Shown here in pieces: positions 45,812 through 56,194 of a stretch of 56,194 nucleotides of DNA (positions are counted from its first letter, which is position 1; every line of letters begins with the position of its first letter). Made by a program: the position numbers and the translations under genes. The notes under the pieces were generated by a model that was not told the origin of the DNA, searched no databases, and saw only the letters and a program-made list of their open reading frames with translations. Origin of the DNA: Saprolegnia diclina VS20 (taxonomy: Eukaryota). The DNA lies in NCBI RefSeq assembly GCF_000281045.1, contig NW_008246203.1, positions 2,805 through 58,998 of the forward strand, written 5' to 3'.

Positions 45812-48060
45812 TCATGTTGGTGGGGTGAGTGCTTGAAGAAGATCGAGCTGGCGCACGTAGGCAGCAACGGCCGCGGGAAACGTCTCGTGGAGATATCCGA
45901 GAAGAAATGTGTGCGTGCGTGTGGCGCGTGCAATCTCTAATAGCTTCGCTTGGGCGGGACTGGATAGCCGCGACGGCGGCAGCTGCTGGGCCCAGCCTTC
46001 ATCGAGCACGCGCGCGACTGCTGCTACGAATTGGTCGCGCAAGTATTGTCGCTCCTGGACGTCTTGCCACATCTCTGCGTCTATCCACGTCACTGGACGA
46101 ATTGTTGAAGTGCGCCAGCCACAGCGGCGTGTGCGCTTTTTTGCCAACGCGGTGCGCGCGGCATCGCCGCGCTCGACGGCATCGCATGCTGCGTGCAACG
46201 CTGTCGCCGCACGCTCAAGCGCCGCTGCGATAAAGTAATGCGACGAGTGCCACTTGTCCCAAGCGACTCGGAGATTTCTCGTGACCTCTCGGCCTAAATA
46301 GGGCCGCGGGTCCCCTTCGCTGCCCTCTATGTGGTGTGCCTACATCATTGGATGGCTCACATCATACCCGAGAAGCCAAGAACGTACGACGTCTGATAGC
46401 ACTCGTGCCACAAAGCACACGTCTGATGCGTCGACGTGGTTTAATGTCAGGTATTGCGTCAACTCTTGGACTGCGATTGGTGACGTCAGCGCGTTGACGA
46501 GCATCGCGGGATCTGTCTCGGCTGCAGCTTGCTGGAGACTATGGATCGCGGTCGTGGCCGTTGGTAGGCGACTACACAACGTGCACAAAAGCCGCAGAAA
46601 CGTCTTCTTGCGCAAGCAGAGAGCATTCGACGCATAGAGTGTGATGACGGTCGTCGCAGCCATGTAGCGTGCGTCGGCGTGATTGGGGTGGGGCGACGCG
46701 GCAAGGATAAGACTTAAGGACACAACGCCTTCAGCCTGGCGCCGGTTCATTGGCACGGTACCCGCAAAGTGGGCATTTAGTGGGGAGAGCCAGAGCCCAA
46801 ACCCGATAAGGTTTGATGCTTCATCGTTCTTCTCACGCCCTTCTCCGTCCGTCTCTTCTTCGAGTGGCGCACACGCTGCGTCATCAAGCGACGACAAAGC
46901 GACGTATGCTTGGCAAACGGCGGCAACGGGCAGACCTTCGACGTCTAGAACTGAAAGGGTCTCGACGAAATGCAGCTGCTCGATGAGGCCAGCAGCTTCT
47001 TGCAGCTTAAATGTCGTCGCCTCGGCTGCTATCGATAGACACGCGACTGTGCGCACCGATAGATTAGAATGGCGCAGCGCTGTAGCGTGGCAATGCGAGT
47101 GCGGAAGATGAGACAGCAAAGCCCGCTTGAACATGAGCACGGTCGCTAAGATCCCAAAAGAAGTAGGTACGACATGCATCGCGTACGACGGTAACACGGT
47201 GTAGTCTGTGAGGGCTTGAAGAGTCGAAACACCAAGAGCAGAAGCAAGTGTGGCTGCGCAAAGCAAGTGCATATAAAGGCCCGCACCTTGATACTACACA
47301 AGCATATCAACGGTCAATTGAATGACGAGCGATGGCAGTGAAGTATACTGGAAGTAGGTAAAAAACTGAGACGACGCCACTCGCGAAGGCTATCGCTGAG
47401 AGAATGGCGGCAATCGTCGAAGGTAGAATTGACGCGCGCAAAATCTGTGACAGCCGAAGAAGGTGCACATATCGACGAAACGAAGCGTGCTCTTTCCAGC
47501 CAACATCGAGCGGCTCGTACAAGTGCACAGAGAAAAGAGTAGCAGCAAGCGCTAGGCTGGCGGCAACAATCATGTGCCACGGCGACGTGTCCGGGATCAC
47601 AACGAGGCCGTAGACGTGCCACGGATGTATCGCGACGACCCAGATTGGCGTCAAGAAATGGGCAAAAAGCAGCCGCTTTCTGGAAAGACACACCAGGAGC
47701 GAGGGCACAAATGCAATACCAGATAGCGCACCCACGTAGAAGCCCAAATTGTTTGCCGACGGTATCCAGAGAGCTTCGCCATACAAAGAACAAAATGCGC
47801 CAGCGTTAAAGTACACAGCGTCCAGGCCAGCACCCACGTAGCAGATTGCGCCGTGAAGCTGGTGCCAACGTGACGACAGCATCTGGCGCTTGGCAGCGTC
47901 TACGTAACCACTCGTTCAACGCCGAATTAAGCCTATGGCAAAGCAACGTACCTGACAGTGTTTGCAAGGTACTAGACAAGAGATGTGGCCGCCAGCGCTC
48001 CAAGATCACGATGGTTCCCACGGCGAGCGCGGTAGCTACCGTTGGCAGTAGCACGGGCAT
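45812..48060 (-). CDS. Hypothetical multi-pass membrane protein with helical C-terminal region, multi-exon
   Basis: Chain of minus-strand ORFs (47806-48060, 47307-47882, 46340-47272, 45812-46198) with many hydrophobic segments, separated by intron-sized gaps. Confidence 0.6.
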
Positions 48061-48123
48061 GTGGCCTTTTTTCCCCTAAAAATAGGCATCGCGCAGCCAT
48101 TGCAAGTGGTACTGATCCCGTCC

Positions 48124-51100
48124 ATGAATGCCTGCAGCTCCGAGGACGGCAGTGGCGCTTGTTCGCGTACGCAATGGACTGCTTGTGGCCTTGATTTCCT
48201 TCACTTTGCACTGCCACTCACTGCATGGGGTCTGTTTCTGTCGCTGACCGTCGCCTTTGTGCTCTACACACGCATGTGGGAAGAGTTTCGGCTCCAAATC
48301 GACGACCTTCACGACATTCCGGCACAAGGTAATGATTCGGTGTGTGCTTCAAGCAAGCTCTTAATTGATGCTATTACAAGCACTGGGTATCGTTGCCGCC
48401 CGGCAAAAGCACATCGTACTGGGTCGCAAGATCAAGGATCCGCGCCGGCTCCTCACACTCGCAGCGATGTGGGCCGAGCTACCAGGCTTCAGCTACCTCC
48501 CACTTCAGCTGCTACACTACGACTTCACCGGCACCCTGGCTTTTCCTACGTCTTCTGCCACCGAGGTACGCGTCATAGGGTAACTTTGCCTTATCGCCAT
48601 GACAATTATTCCTAAGGTGTATCGGGCTGCGCTGCTGACGGGGCTCTTTTTATTTCTCATGCTGACCACATGCGTTCGGCTGCGATGCGTTCTCGTTCTG
48701 CGCGCTAAGGTTCTCCTTCCGTGCCTCTACGATGCGCTCTATCTCGTATACATGTACGCGATTCTCGGTATTCTCTCGTGCGCGGAGCCACTGGATGGTT
48801 TTGTCGTTGCGGGCGCAACGTGCGCGTGCGGCGACCGCGTCTGGCCAACTGCGGGCGCTGGTGCATTGGTCTTCAGCCTCTTCTACCTCACCGCCCTGGT
48901 CTACAAAGTCCAACTCACAGACGAGGTGTTTGCGACACAGTTTCGATACCAAACGTCGTTCTCATCGCTCATGACAATGACTCGTACCGGTACTCACCAT
49001 CCCATTTTGTACCGCTCATATAATTGTGGCTATACGTAGCGTGTTGTCTGCAGTACATGACAGCGACACTCCTACTGTCCCGGGACAGTGGTGTTCACAA
49101 GACGTCTATCAACCTCATTTTTGGTTGCGTGAACGGATTCATTATGGCTTGCTTGCTCCGGTACAACTACCGCTACCAGCCCGTACGTTCCTAAACGATC
49201 GATTTGAAATTTTTTCCAAGTCTAATGCGCACAAGTAGTGTTTGGGGTCGGGACGATTTCCCAACAGCTTGCGATCACTTTCGTTCTCAACATCGTGCTA
49301 TGTATCGTACGTGCTGGTACTCGTCGAGCTTATCGCACCCTCCAACGGGACGAAGACCGTCGTCGTTGGAATTGCTTGCGCTTGCTACCCGCTCATTGCC
49401 GTGATTTTGTGGCGTGTAAACTCCAAGCGGGCGAACTACTTCCACATACCCAGCCTGCCGCTCGTAGAGTTGCTGAGCCATAGCAACTACCGCGTGCGTA
49501 CGGTCGCTGTCGTCAGTGTCGTACTCGAAGACCACACGAAGTGGCGCGCGCAGCAGCTTTTGCACATCGTGACTCTTCTGCAGCAATGTTTACTTGTCCC
49601 GGCGGGCGTCGAGGGCGGCCTCTTGGTGGCGTACACGTGCCAAGCTCTGTGGCACCTCGACAACGTTCATTGTCTTCCTCATCAATCACTCGAAGATTCG
49701 CCTCCGTTCGTGCCCAAAGGTCTCTGGCTCGGCCGTGATCCCGTCGAGCGTCGCCGATCGAGCATATATGACCCCAAGTAGAATTACCCTTTCTGTGGAT
49801 TGAGCGAGGTACTGATATGCTGCCATGTCACACATAGTCGATCGCATGACATTGTTGAACGCAACGCAACGCGCAGCTCGGCAACAATGACAACATCGTC
49901 CGTCGTGCCCCGCCTGTCAAGTGCACTCACGATTCAGTGCATCGCAACTCGTCTTGACGAGACCGCTTTGGTACCAATCTTGCAGCACGCGCTCGGGAAG
50001 GCCATCTCTATCTTCGACGCACCGTTCGTAAAGGCGCGAGCCGTCGTCGCCAAGATGCTCCAAGAAATGTACGTGAACGGTGCCGTGCGTCTGTCCTTAC
50101 CCACGTATCTCCACGTGCTCTGCACGCTTTGTGTGCACCACCGGCAAGATGTCGTTGCGGCCGCGGCTGCATCGCTCGGCCACATTGTGACAGTCGTTCC
50201 TCGCCGTGAATGGGGTCCCATCATCTGCGACCGGCATAAGCTTGCGCCGCTTGCTGCACTTTTAGTCCATCACGCTGGAGTTGCACCGGCTTTGCTCAGC
50301 GACACAATTATCGGCCGCATTCTTACGCATGCCATGGACCGCATTCTGAACAACATCACGGAGCGCGATCCGGCCACGTACTGGTCAAACCAGTTTATCA
50401 CACACATGACGATGGCATGGCGCCACTGGGAGCACAGCTACACCTTGAGCATTGCTCTAGAAGACGTTTTGCTAAAGATGCATCGAGCAAGTGTCACGTA
50501 CCATGCTACGCTGCGTCGACCTGAGCCGTCGCCTCTGCCCCGTGTCCGATCTGTGGGGACTGGTCTTTCCGCGGGTGACATCAAGACAGTATCACCGTCG
50601 CAGACTCGGCACTCAACGCTAACAAAGGCGCATCAGAAACGCAGTTTTCCAGGACTCATGGTAGCGACGGCGAAGCGAAGTTTCGGCTCGCTGCAGCTGC
50701 GACATCGGGGCGCGAAAGGCAAGCTATCGTTGCAGCGAATGGCGCAGGCATTTCGCCACGGCAGTGTCGTGCCGCAAGCGATTCTAAAGGAGATTGCACT
50801 TCGACGCGACTTGCGCAAGGAGCTTATGACACACTTGAAGCTGGTTCTGACGGAAGGCCTATCAGCACAGCAGCTACCACAAGTGTTCTCACCTCTCGCG
50901 CGCAGTGCACTCACCGAGGCAGTGTGTTTGTTGCACACACACCGCCGACTTCGAGACCACATCGAGCACGCGCTTTCGTCCGCTGAGATGCGTTACGTGC
51001 GCTTCCTCGAGAGCTGGGAGACGATGCGCCAAAAAGCACTTCCCTTCTTCACGGACGCGAGTCTCCGCGCGTCCAAGCACCGTGTCGCACCCGAGATCGC

Positions 51101-51161
51101 GGCCATTCTCATTGCGAAGCGGTCGCGCTTTGCAGGTCCCCGCATCCCCGATGCAACGTAA
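48124..51161 (+). CDS. Hypothetical multi-pass membrane protein with ARM/HEAT-like C-terminal region, multi-exon
   Basis: Chain of plus-strand ORFs (48061-, 48365-, 48599-, 49242-, 49800-51161) with TM helices, then helical repeats such as LVELLSHSNYRVRTVAVVSV. Confidence 0.65.
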
Positions 51162-51772
51162 ACCGATGTCATGTAACACCAGTGCAATTACAATGGGTGC
51201 AGACGGTCAGATAGCTAGCTGATCAGTGCAGACTCGTCGCCATAGTTTGTACTAGAATCATGTACTGTGAGTATGCATGTACCAGTAAACGGCCATGGTT
51301 CTGTTCAATTAGGGCGCATAAAATTTGGAAAATTAACCGGGATATCCTTGATGACTGACACTTGAACTGCTGTGTATTTGTGAAGGCAAAGCTGGCTCCA
51401 TTATTCCATTTTTGTGAAGTGGGTCGTCTAAAATCCAAGCTAAATTACAATGTCGGACTTCCCTGGACATGTTGAGTGGGGTGATCGATCTGGACAGACA
51501 AAGACAGAAGCGCGATCTACAGGGCTAAGCACCGACGCGGCCACTCGTGTTGTGCGAGAAACCGGAGATGCCGACGAGCATCGAGCCGCTCGTACTTGAA
51601 CGAAGCTGTGATGCTGGAGCAATTGAGCGACGCGTGCCGCGTTGACGGCATCGCTCATGGTCTAGGCAGTTTCGCGACCGAATGTCAATTCCTGGTCCAT
51701 TTTCTTTTTGTTTGTGCCCATTCGGTGCGACTGGTAGTTTAGTCACAAAAAAGAATGCACGTTATGTCGACG

Positions 51773-53216
51773 TTAGTGCGACAGGCGGCGGCTGCTGATG
51801 GTTTTTTCATCATTTGCCACCTTGCGGCGGAGGCGAATCGACTTGAGGTGGTTCGGTGATTCAAGGTACTTGTTGGGTGTGCGCTGACCTGTCACCCACG
51901 GGTGCAAGCAAGCTTGTTCGGCGGTGTAGCGCTTCTCCGAGTCAACCTCTAAGGTGCAAGGGATCAGAAGCCATCCATAAACGCATAAAACCTAGAAGGT
52001 GGTGCAGGAGGTCCTTGGCGCTATCCGAGAGCCCACTGGACCAGCGTGGGAAACGTAAGCCAAACTTGGCCTATTGTCGTGCAAGGCATTAGCATCCCCT
52101 CACCCATCATGCGGAGAATTCCGTACGCGAGCGGCCTTGTCGCTGTTGATCTTGCTGCCATCGTCGTTGAACGGGAGACAGCCGCAGAGCAGCACATACA
52201 CGATGACACCGAGGGCCCAAACGTCGACAGATTTGCTGTAGCTCTGGCGCCGCAGCATCTCGGGTGCGAGGTAACCCTAAGCACTTCGATAAGCCCTATA
52301 CAATACTTTAGTAGTGAAGACAAACTCTTGTGCCCAGGAACGAGCGCGTTTGGTTATCGTGCAGGAGCTTGGCAAGGCCAAAGTCAATAATCTTGACCTC
52401 AGCGTTCGGCGACTTGCTCGTCAGCAACAGATTTTCTATTTCATGCATGAGCGCAAACATACGCGAATTTCGTTCAGCGACGCTTGACCTGGCTTGAGAT
52501 CACGGTGAACGACACCGCACGCGTGCATGTAGGCAAGCGCCGACGTGATCTTGCGCACCAAGCAACTCGCTTCAATCTCGGAGAGTGTCCTACGACAATA
52601 GAATCATGCTGCGACAACGATTCAAGTAGTACCCTTTGTTGACAATGTAGTCGAAAAGCTCACCGCCTTCCATAAGTTCTGTGACCATCGATATGCGGTT
52701 GTCCGTTTGATAGACGTCCTCCATGTGGATGATGTTGGGGTGGCTGAGCGACTGCAACACCTGGATCTCGACCTTCGAGCACAGCTGTAGAGAGACCAAC
52801 GACTTGAATTGTGCAGCCATACCTGAAACTGCTCGAGGAGGTCGTCACTCTTGCTTTGCACTGCACGCTTGTCAATGATCTTGCATGCGTATTTGGCACC
52901 TGTCGCCTTGTCTTCACAGAGGTGGCAGATAGACGTACTGCCATTGCCTAGTCATGCACGCTTTCACAGGTCACAAGCACAGGATCTTCATCGCACCGAT
53001 GACAGACAGCAGCTTGTACTTGCTGTCAAAGGAGCCGATAGCGTACATCGGGCCGGACGACAGGATCGCCTTGGGTCGCGATCGGTAGATTTCGCCTGAG
53101 CCCATGCTGCGGGCCTCCGATGGCTCGGCGCCAGCTGTTTGGGCTGACGGCTTGTGCTTGCGCATAGCGGCCTCGGCCTCGGCGTCGCCAAGGCACCACC
53201 CGACGACTTGGCCCAT
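51773..53216 (-). CDS. Ser/Thr protein kinase, CAMK group (CaMKI-like), multi-exon
   Basis: [59 protein letters not shown] and HPWV. Reading frame ends ...SSRRLSH*. Confidence 0.92.
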
Positions 53217-53497
53217 CTCTTCAAACGGCGAATAGACCGAGTGATTAACCGACAACTTCAATTAATACAATGCAGATAATTCATGTTTCTTACTCGTTGT
53301 TTGTATGTGTACTTGGTATAGCCTTTTAAATAATGTGGCGACGGAATGACTGTTCCATACAAAAAACAAGCTGAAACATCATATTTTATTTCCAATTGAA
53401 TCTGCGACCTTCAAGTGCCGATTTAGGCAGAATTTCAACCAATCATCGCGACGGATCATCAGTGCGAAGATCGCGGCAAAGTTCAACCGCAAAGAGG

Positions 53498-54232
53498 ATG
53501 GGCAACGTCGCGAGCTGGTGCACAGGCGCGCCGGACCCGACGTCTGTGATCAAGCACGTGACGCACGCTGGCCTCAGCACGACTATGAGCCTTGAAGACG
53601 TCCTCGCCATGGATGAGCCATCGCCTACATCAAACATGCCCACCACAGGGCCAAGTACGACGCTCCCAGATGCAACGCCAGTGCCTTCGATTGATCCAAC
53701 ACCGACGACTCACCACGTGTTTGTGCGCCAACGCTCCCAGAGCCTCGGTCATCTGGTCGAATTAGCCGCCGAAAGTGACCACAATAGCGAGTGCATGACC
53801 CGGAAGCGCGCAACAAGCATGGACGTGCCACCGACGTCAGTTGATGGCTTCTTGTCGCCAGCCTCATTCGCGGTTCGCACGGTGTCGTTCACACTGCACT
53901 TTGGGAAGGGTAGTGTGTACGTCTTCCATGTCCAAGTCGGAAGTGACCCCGTGCTCGTCGTGACGAAGACGCGGCGCGAGTGCAAAAAACTCTATGCGTC
54001 TCTGAAGCACTTTGTACGATGCCCGTTACCACCATTTCCTCCCAAGACGGGCTTGCTGCGCTCAAAAGAGGTATCAAACGCGGAGTCGACGTCGTTTATG
54101 CAGGACTTCCTGGAGCATTTCCTTGCGATTTCTGCCGTTCGCACCGCGAAGGTCACGCAGGAGTTCTTCCTCTTGCATGCACCATTGGTTCGCCGTCGTC
54201 GAAGTCTGCCAAGGCTCATCGGCGATTTGTAG
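53498..54232 (+). CDS. Divergent PX-domain protein with N-terminal myristoylation-type motif
   Basis: MGNVASWC start. C-terminal VYVFHVQV...KKLYASLK...PLPPFPPK...MQDFLEHFL...VTQEFF is PX-like. Confidence 0.72.
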   Translation: MGNVASWCTGAPDPTSVIKHVTHAGLSTTMSLEDVLAMDEPSPTSNMPTTGPSTTLPDATPVPSIDPTPTTHHVFVRQRSQSLGHLVELAAESDHNSECMTRKRATSMDVPPTSVDGFLSPASFAVRTVSFTLHFGKGSVYVFHVQVGSDPVLVVTKTRRECKKLYASLKHFVRCPLPPFPPKTGLLRSKEVSNAESTSFMQDFLEHFLAISAVRTAKVTQEFFLLHAPLVRRRRSLPRLIGDL

Positions 54233-54621
54233 ATCTGTCATTAAATGTATATTTCATGCATCACGAAAGCAATAAGTTGTCAATGCGTCGCTTTGGAGTA
54301 TGATACGACAAAGGTTAACGAGTACTAGTACAGTACAATGTATGTCAGCGAATACTAACTGTTAGCGGGACTTGGACTCCGTAAAGTTTATGGCATTGCT
54401 ATTGGGTAAATTGGAGTGTTTGCTGGCCCCCACCAACCAGCCGTACGTGTAAAAACAACAAAGCGTTTTTGCGAGCCACTTTGATTGTACTTGTTGTACT
54501 TGGAACCTAGCGCCGAACTGATGTGCAATTTGTATCGCGATTTATGTATACTCTAATCAGGTTGGCTTTTTTTAGAATGGTTGCATATCTTGTCCGGATC
54601 GAATCCACACACGAGAGTAAC

Positions 54622-55500
54622 ATGGGCCAGACACTGAGCTGCTGCCGCTCGAGCGAGGATGAACATGTCGACAAGCCAGCGACTGCGAAGGTGCGTGGCC
54701 AGACCATGTCGATGGACAGCGATCCATATGTACTGCTCCTGCGGCCATCGCGAAACCTTGCCGAAGATCCAACAACAGCCAACGACGTCGTCAAGCCTGC
54801 ACGTCAACGCGCTACAGCGATTGTGCGCGGACCGACTCGTGGCCATGTGCGCAGTGCCAGTCTCGAAACCTTCGAGCTCGAGGTACTGACTAACGCGGAA
54901 AACATCGTTAACAACAACGCGCCGTTGAGTGAAAGCGACCTTTTGCTTCCACTACTGTCTCTCAAGCGTCCGCCAGCAGTACTTCTCTCGCCAAGCGTTT
55001 CGTGGGAGACTCGTTCTTTTGACGAATGCCCCAGTGTCGGGGACGACGGCGAAGTGCGTGCTTGTGGCACTTCCAACCAAGACGAGACGCCAGCATCATA
55101 CACCGTGGCTGTCACTCGCTTCTTCCCGATAGAAGACAAGTTTGAGTTCCACGTGACGGTTTTCGACGCAACCGGCGACCGCAAGCTCAAGCTCATTCGT
55201 GACCATGTCCGCTGCAAGCGCTACCATAGTTATCTGGAAGATACTGCAAGGCGCCACCGGGTATCCTGCCCCGTGCTGCCGCGCACACAAAAGCAAGACC
55301 GAATTCACGGGCGACAGCTCATGGAAATTTACATTGCTGCCGTATTAGCGTCGCCCGTGCTACGTGATGCAAGGTGCTCGCTTAAATACTTTCACGTGCT
55401 GCCACCGACGAAGCCCAAAACATCGCCGTCGGCGAAGCGCAGCCCAAGTGAGAAGCGCCAGCCGTGGCGCAACTATGTCCATTCTCCAAGCCACAAATAA
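54622..55500 (+). CDS. Divergent PX-like domain protein with myristoylation/palmitoylation-type N-terminus
   Basis: MGQTLSCC start. C-terminal FEFHVTV...KRYHSYL...CPVLPR...LMEIYIAAVLASPVLRDARCSLKYF is PX-like. Confidence 0.65.
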   Translation: MGQTLSCCRSSEDEHVDKPATAKVRGQTMSMDSDPYVLLLRPSRNLAEDPTTANDVVKPARQRATAIVRGPTRGHVRSASLETFELEVLTNAENIVNNNAPLSESDLLLPLLSLKRPPAVLLSPSVSWETRSFDECPSVGDDGEVRACGTSNQDETPASYTVAVTRFFPIEDKFEFHVTVFDATGDRKLKLIRDHVRCKRYHSYLEDTARRHRVSCPVLPRTQKQDRIHGRQLMEIYIAAVLASPVLRDARCSLKYFHVLPPTKPKTSPSAKRSPSEKRQPWRNYVHSPSHK

Positions 55501-55584
55501 TGTTCTTGTATGCTTTGTGCGTGGCATTATGATGTCCACTCTCCTGCGCTCTTTTTCGCGTACCTCGAAGTAGCCCTTCGCGAC

Positions 55585-55941
55585 ATGGCGGCAACTGCAG
55601 GTGTCCCTCGCCGACTTCTCTGCTCCACCGTAGCACTTTAGACGCTCCAGTGCTGCACCGTGGGCCGGTCGCCACTGACGACGCTGCCCCATGTGCTCAA
55701 CGACTATCTCTCCCTCGTCCCGTCTTTCGCAAAGCGCCTCAGGAACCGCGACAATCTCAAGGAGCTCACCGCCATGGCGCTGAACAAGGAGCTCTGGAGC
55801 GTGCTAACCGAGGCAATCGTTGACGCTTGCCCCGACGTCCCCATAGACGCACGACGCTGTCGGATACTTCCTTGCACGTATGCGACAATCCTCCTGCATA
55901 GCGCTCACAGCCAGTACTGCTGTGTTGATTTACGCGAATAA
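55585..55941 (+). other. Possible small spliced gene or gene fragment
   Basis: Coding-like stretch TLQCCTVGRSPLTTLPHVLNDYLSLVPSFAKRLRNRDNLKELTAMALNKELWSVL after a ..tttag acceptor. It also loosely resembles the RTE C-terminal pattern (GRP..TL..VL..D...L..LA.....W). Confidence 0.3.
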
Positions 55942-56022
55942 ACGGCATATATATGAAAGTGTTCCGCGTTTTCTTATTACAAATACCTCCTCACGGTACG
56001 CAGAGACTAGCAATCTCCTTCT

Positions 56023-56194
56023 TCACTCACTCGCTGGGTCGTGGCTGCGCAGGCGATGGCACGGGGGCTCGTCTTGCTCTTCTGTAGTCGCGTTGGGGCG
56101 CTTGTGGGCGCGAGTGAGGCCCATGGTGACACGGTTCCTAAAGGCCTTCCAGGCTTCGCCATCGGCGGCAAAGCTACGCAGTTTCTTGAGGTCA
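56023..56194 (-). mobile_element. 3' end of an RTE-like non-LTR retrotransposon ORF (runs off window)
   Basis: Open frame DLKKLRSFAADGEAWKAFRNRVTMGLTRAHKRPNATTEEQDEPPCHRLRSHDPASE*. Nucleotide homology to bases ~220-397. Confidence 0.65.

Noticed and set aside
51223..51658. Possible small spliced gene starting MSDAVNAARVAQLLQHHSFVQ
   Set aside because: I could not build a consistent exon chain or recognise a family. Left uncalled.
1..56194. tRNA, rRNA or prokaryotic operon/defence system
   Set aside because: No cloverleaf or rRNA-like sequence was recognised by eye (tRNAscan-SE/Infernal not run), and genes are spliceosomal-intron-containing eukaryotic genes.

Overview
Gene-dense eukaryotic DNA with very short (~45-55 nt) GT-AG introns and tiny intergenic gaps. 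Gene content and architecture suggest an oomycete, probably Saprolegniales (inference). About 25 protein-coding genes are supported: ITFG2, a DIX+ELMO protein, a MINDY deubiquitinase, CDC20, a purple acid phosphatase, USP12/46, AP-4 sigma, a Sen1/senataxin helicase, a short VPS13-like gene, DUF1765, a three-exon Dam1/DASH Dad1-like gene missed by the ORF track, ADAT2, TRM7/FTSJ1, the large TFIIIC subunit, DUF4419, an alpha/beta hydrolase, a CaMK-type kinase, two PX-domain proteins and several hypotheticals. The most unusual part is 30.1-33.9 kb: two intact, intronless, diverged paralogues of a Ty1/copia-type Gag with 3-4 CCHC-type zinc knuckles, no pol and no room for LTRs (candidate domesticated gag genes). 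They are separated by a complete non-autonomous hAT-like element (12-bp TIR, 8-bp TSD). Both window ends carry homologous 3' ends of an RTE-like non-LTR retrotransposon in opposite orientations. Family calls come from motif recognition by eye, no searches were run, and multi-exon coordinates are start-to-stop spans.
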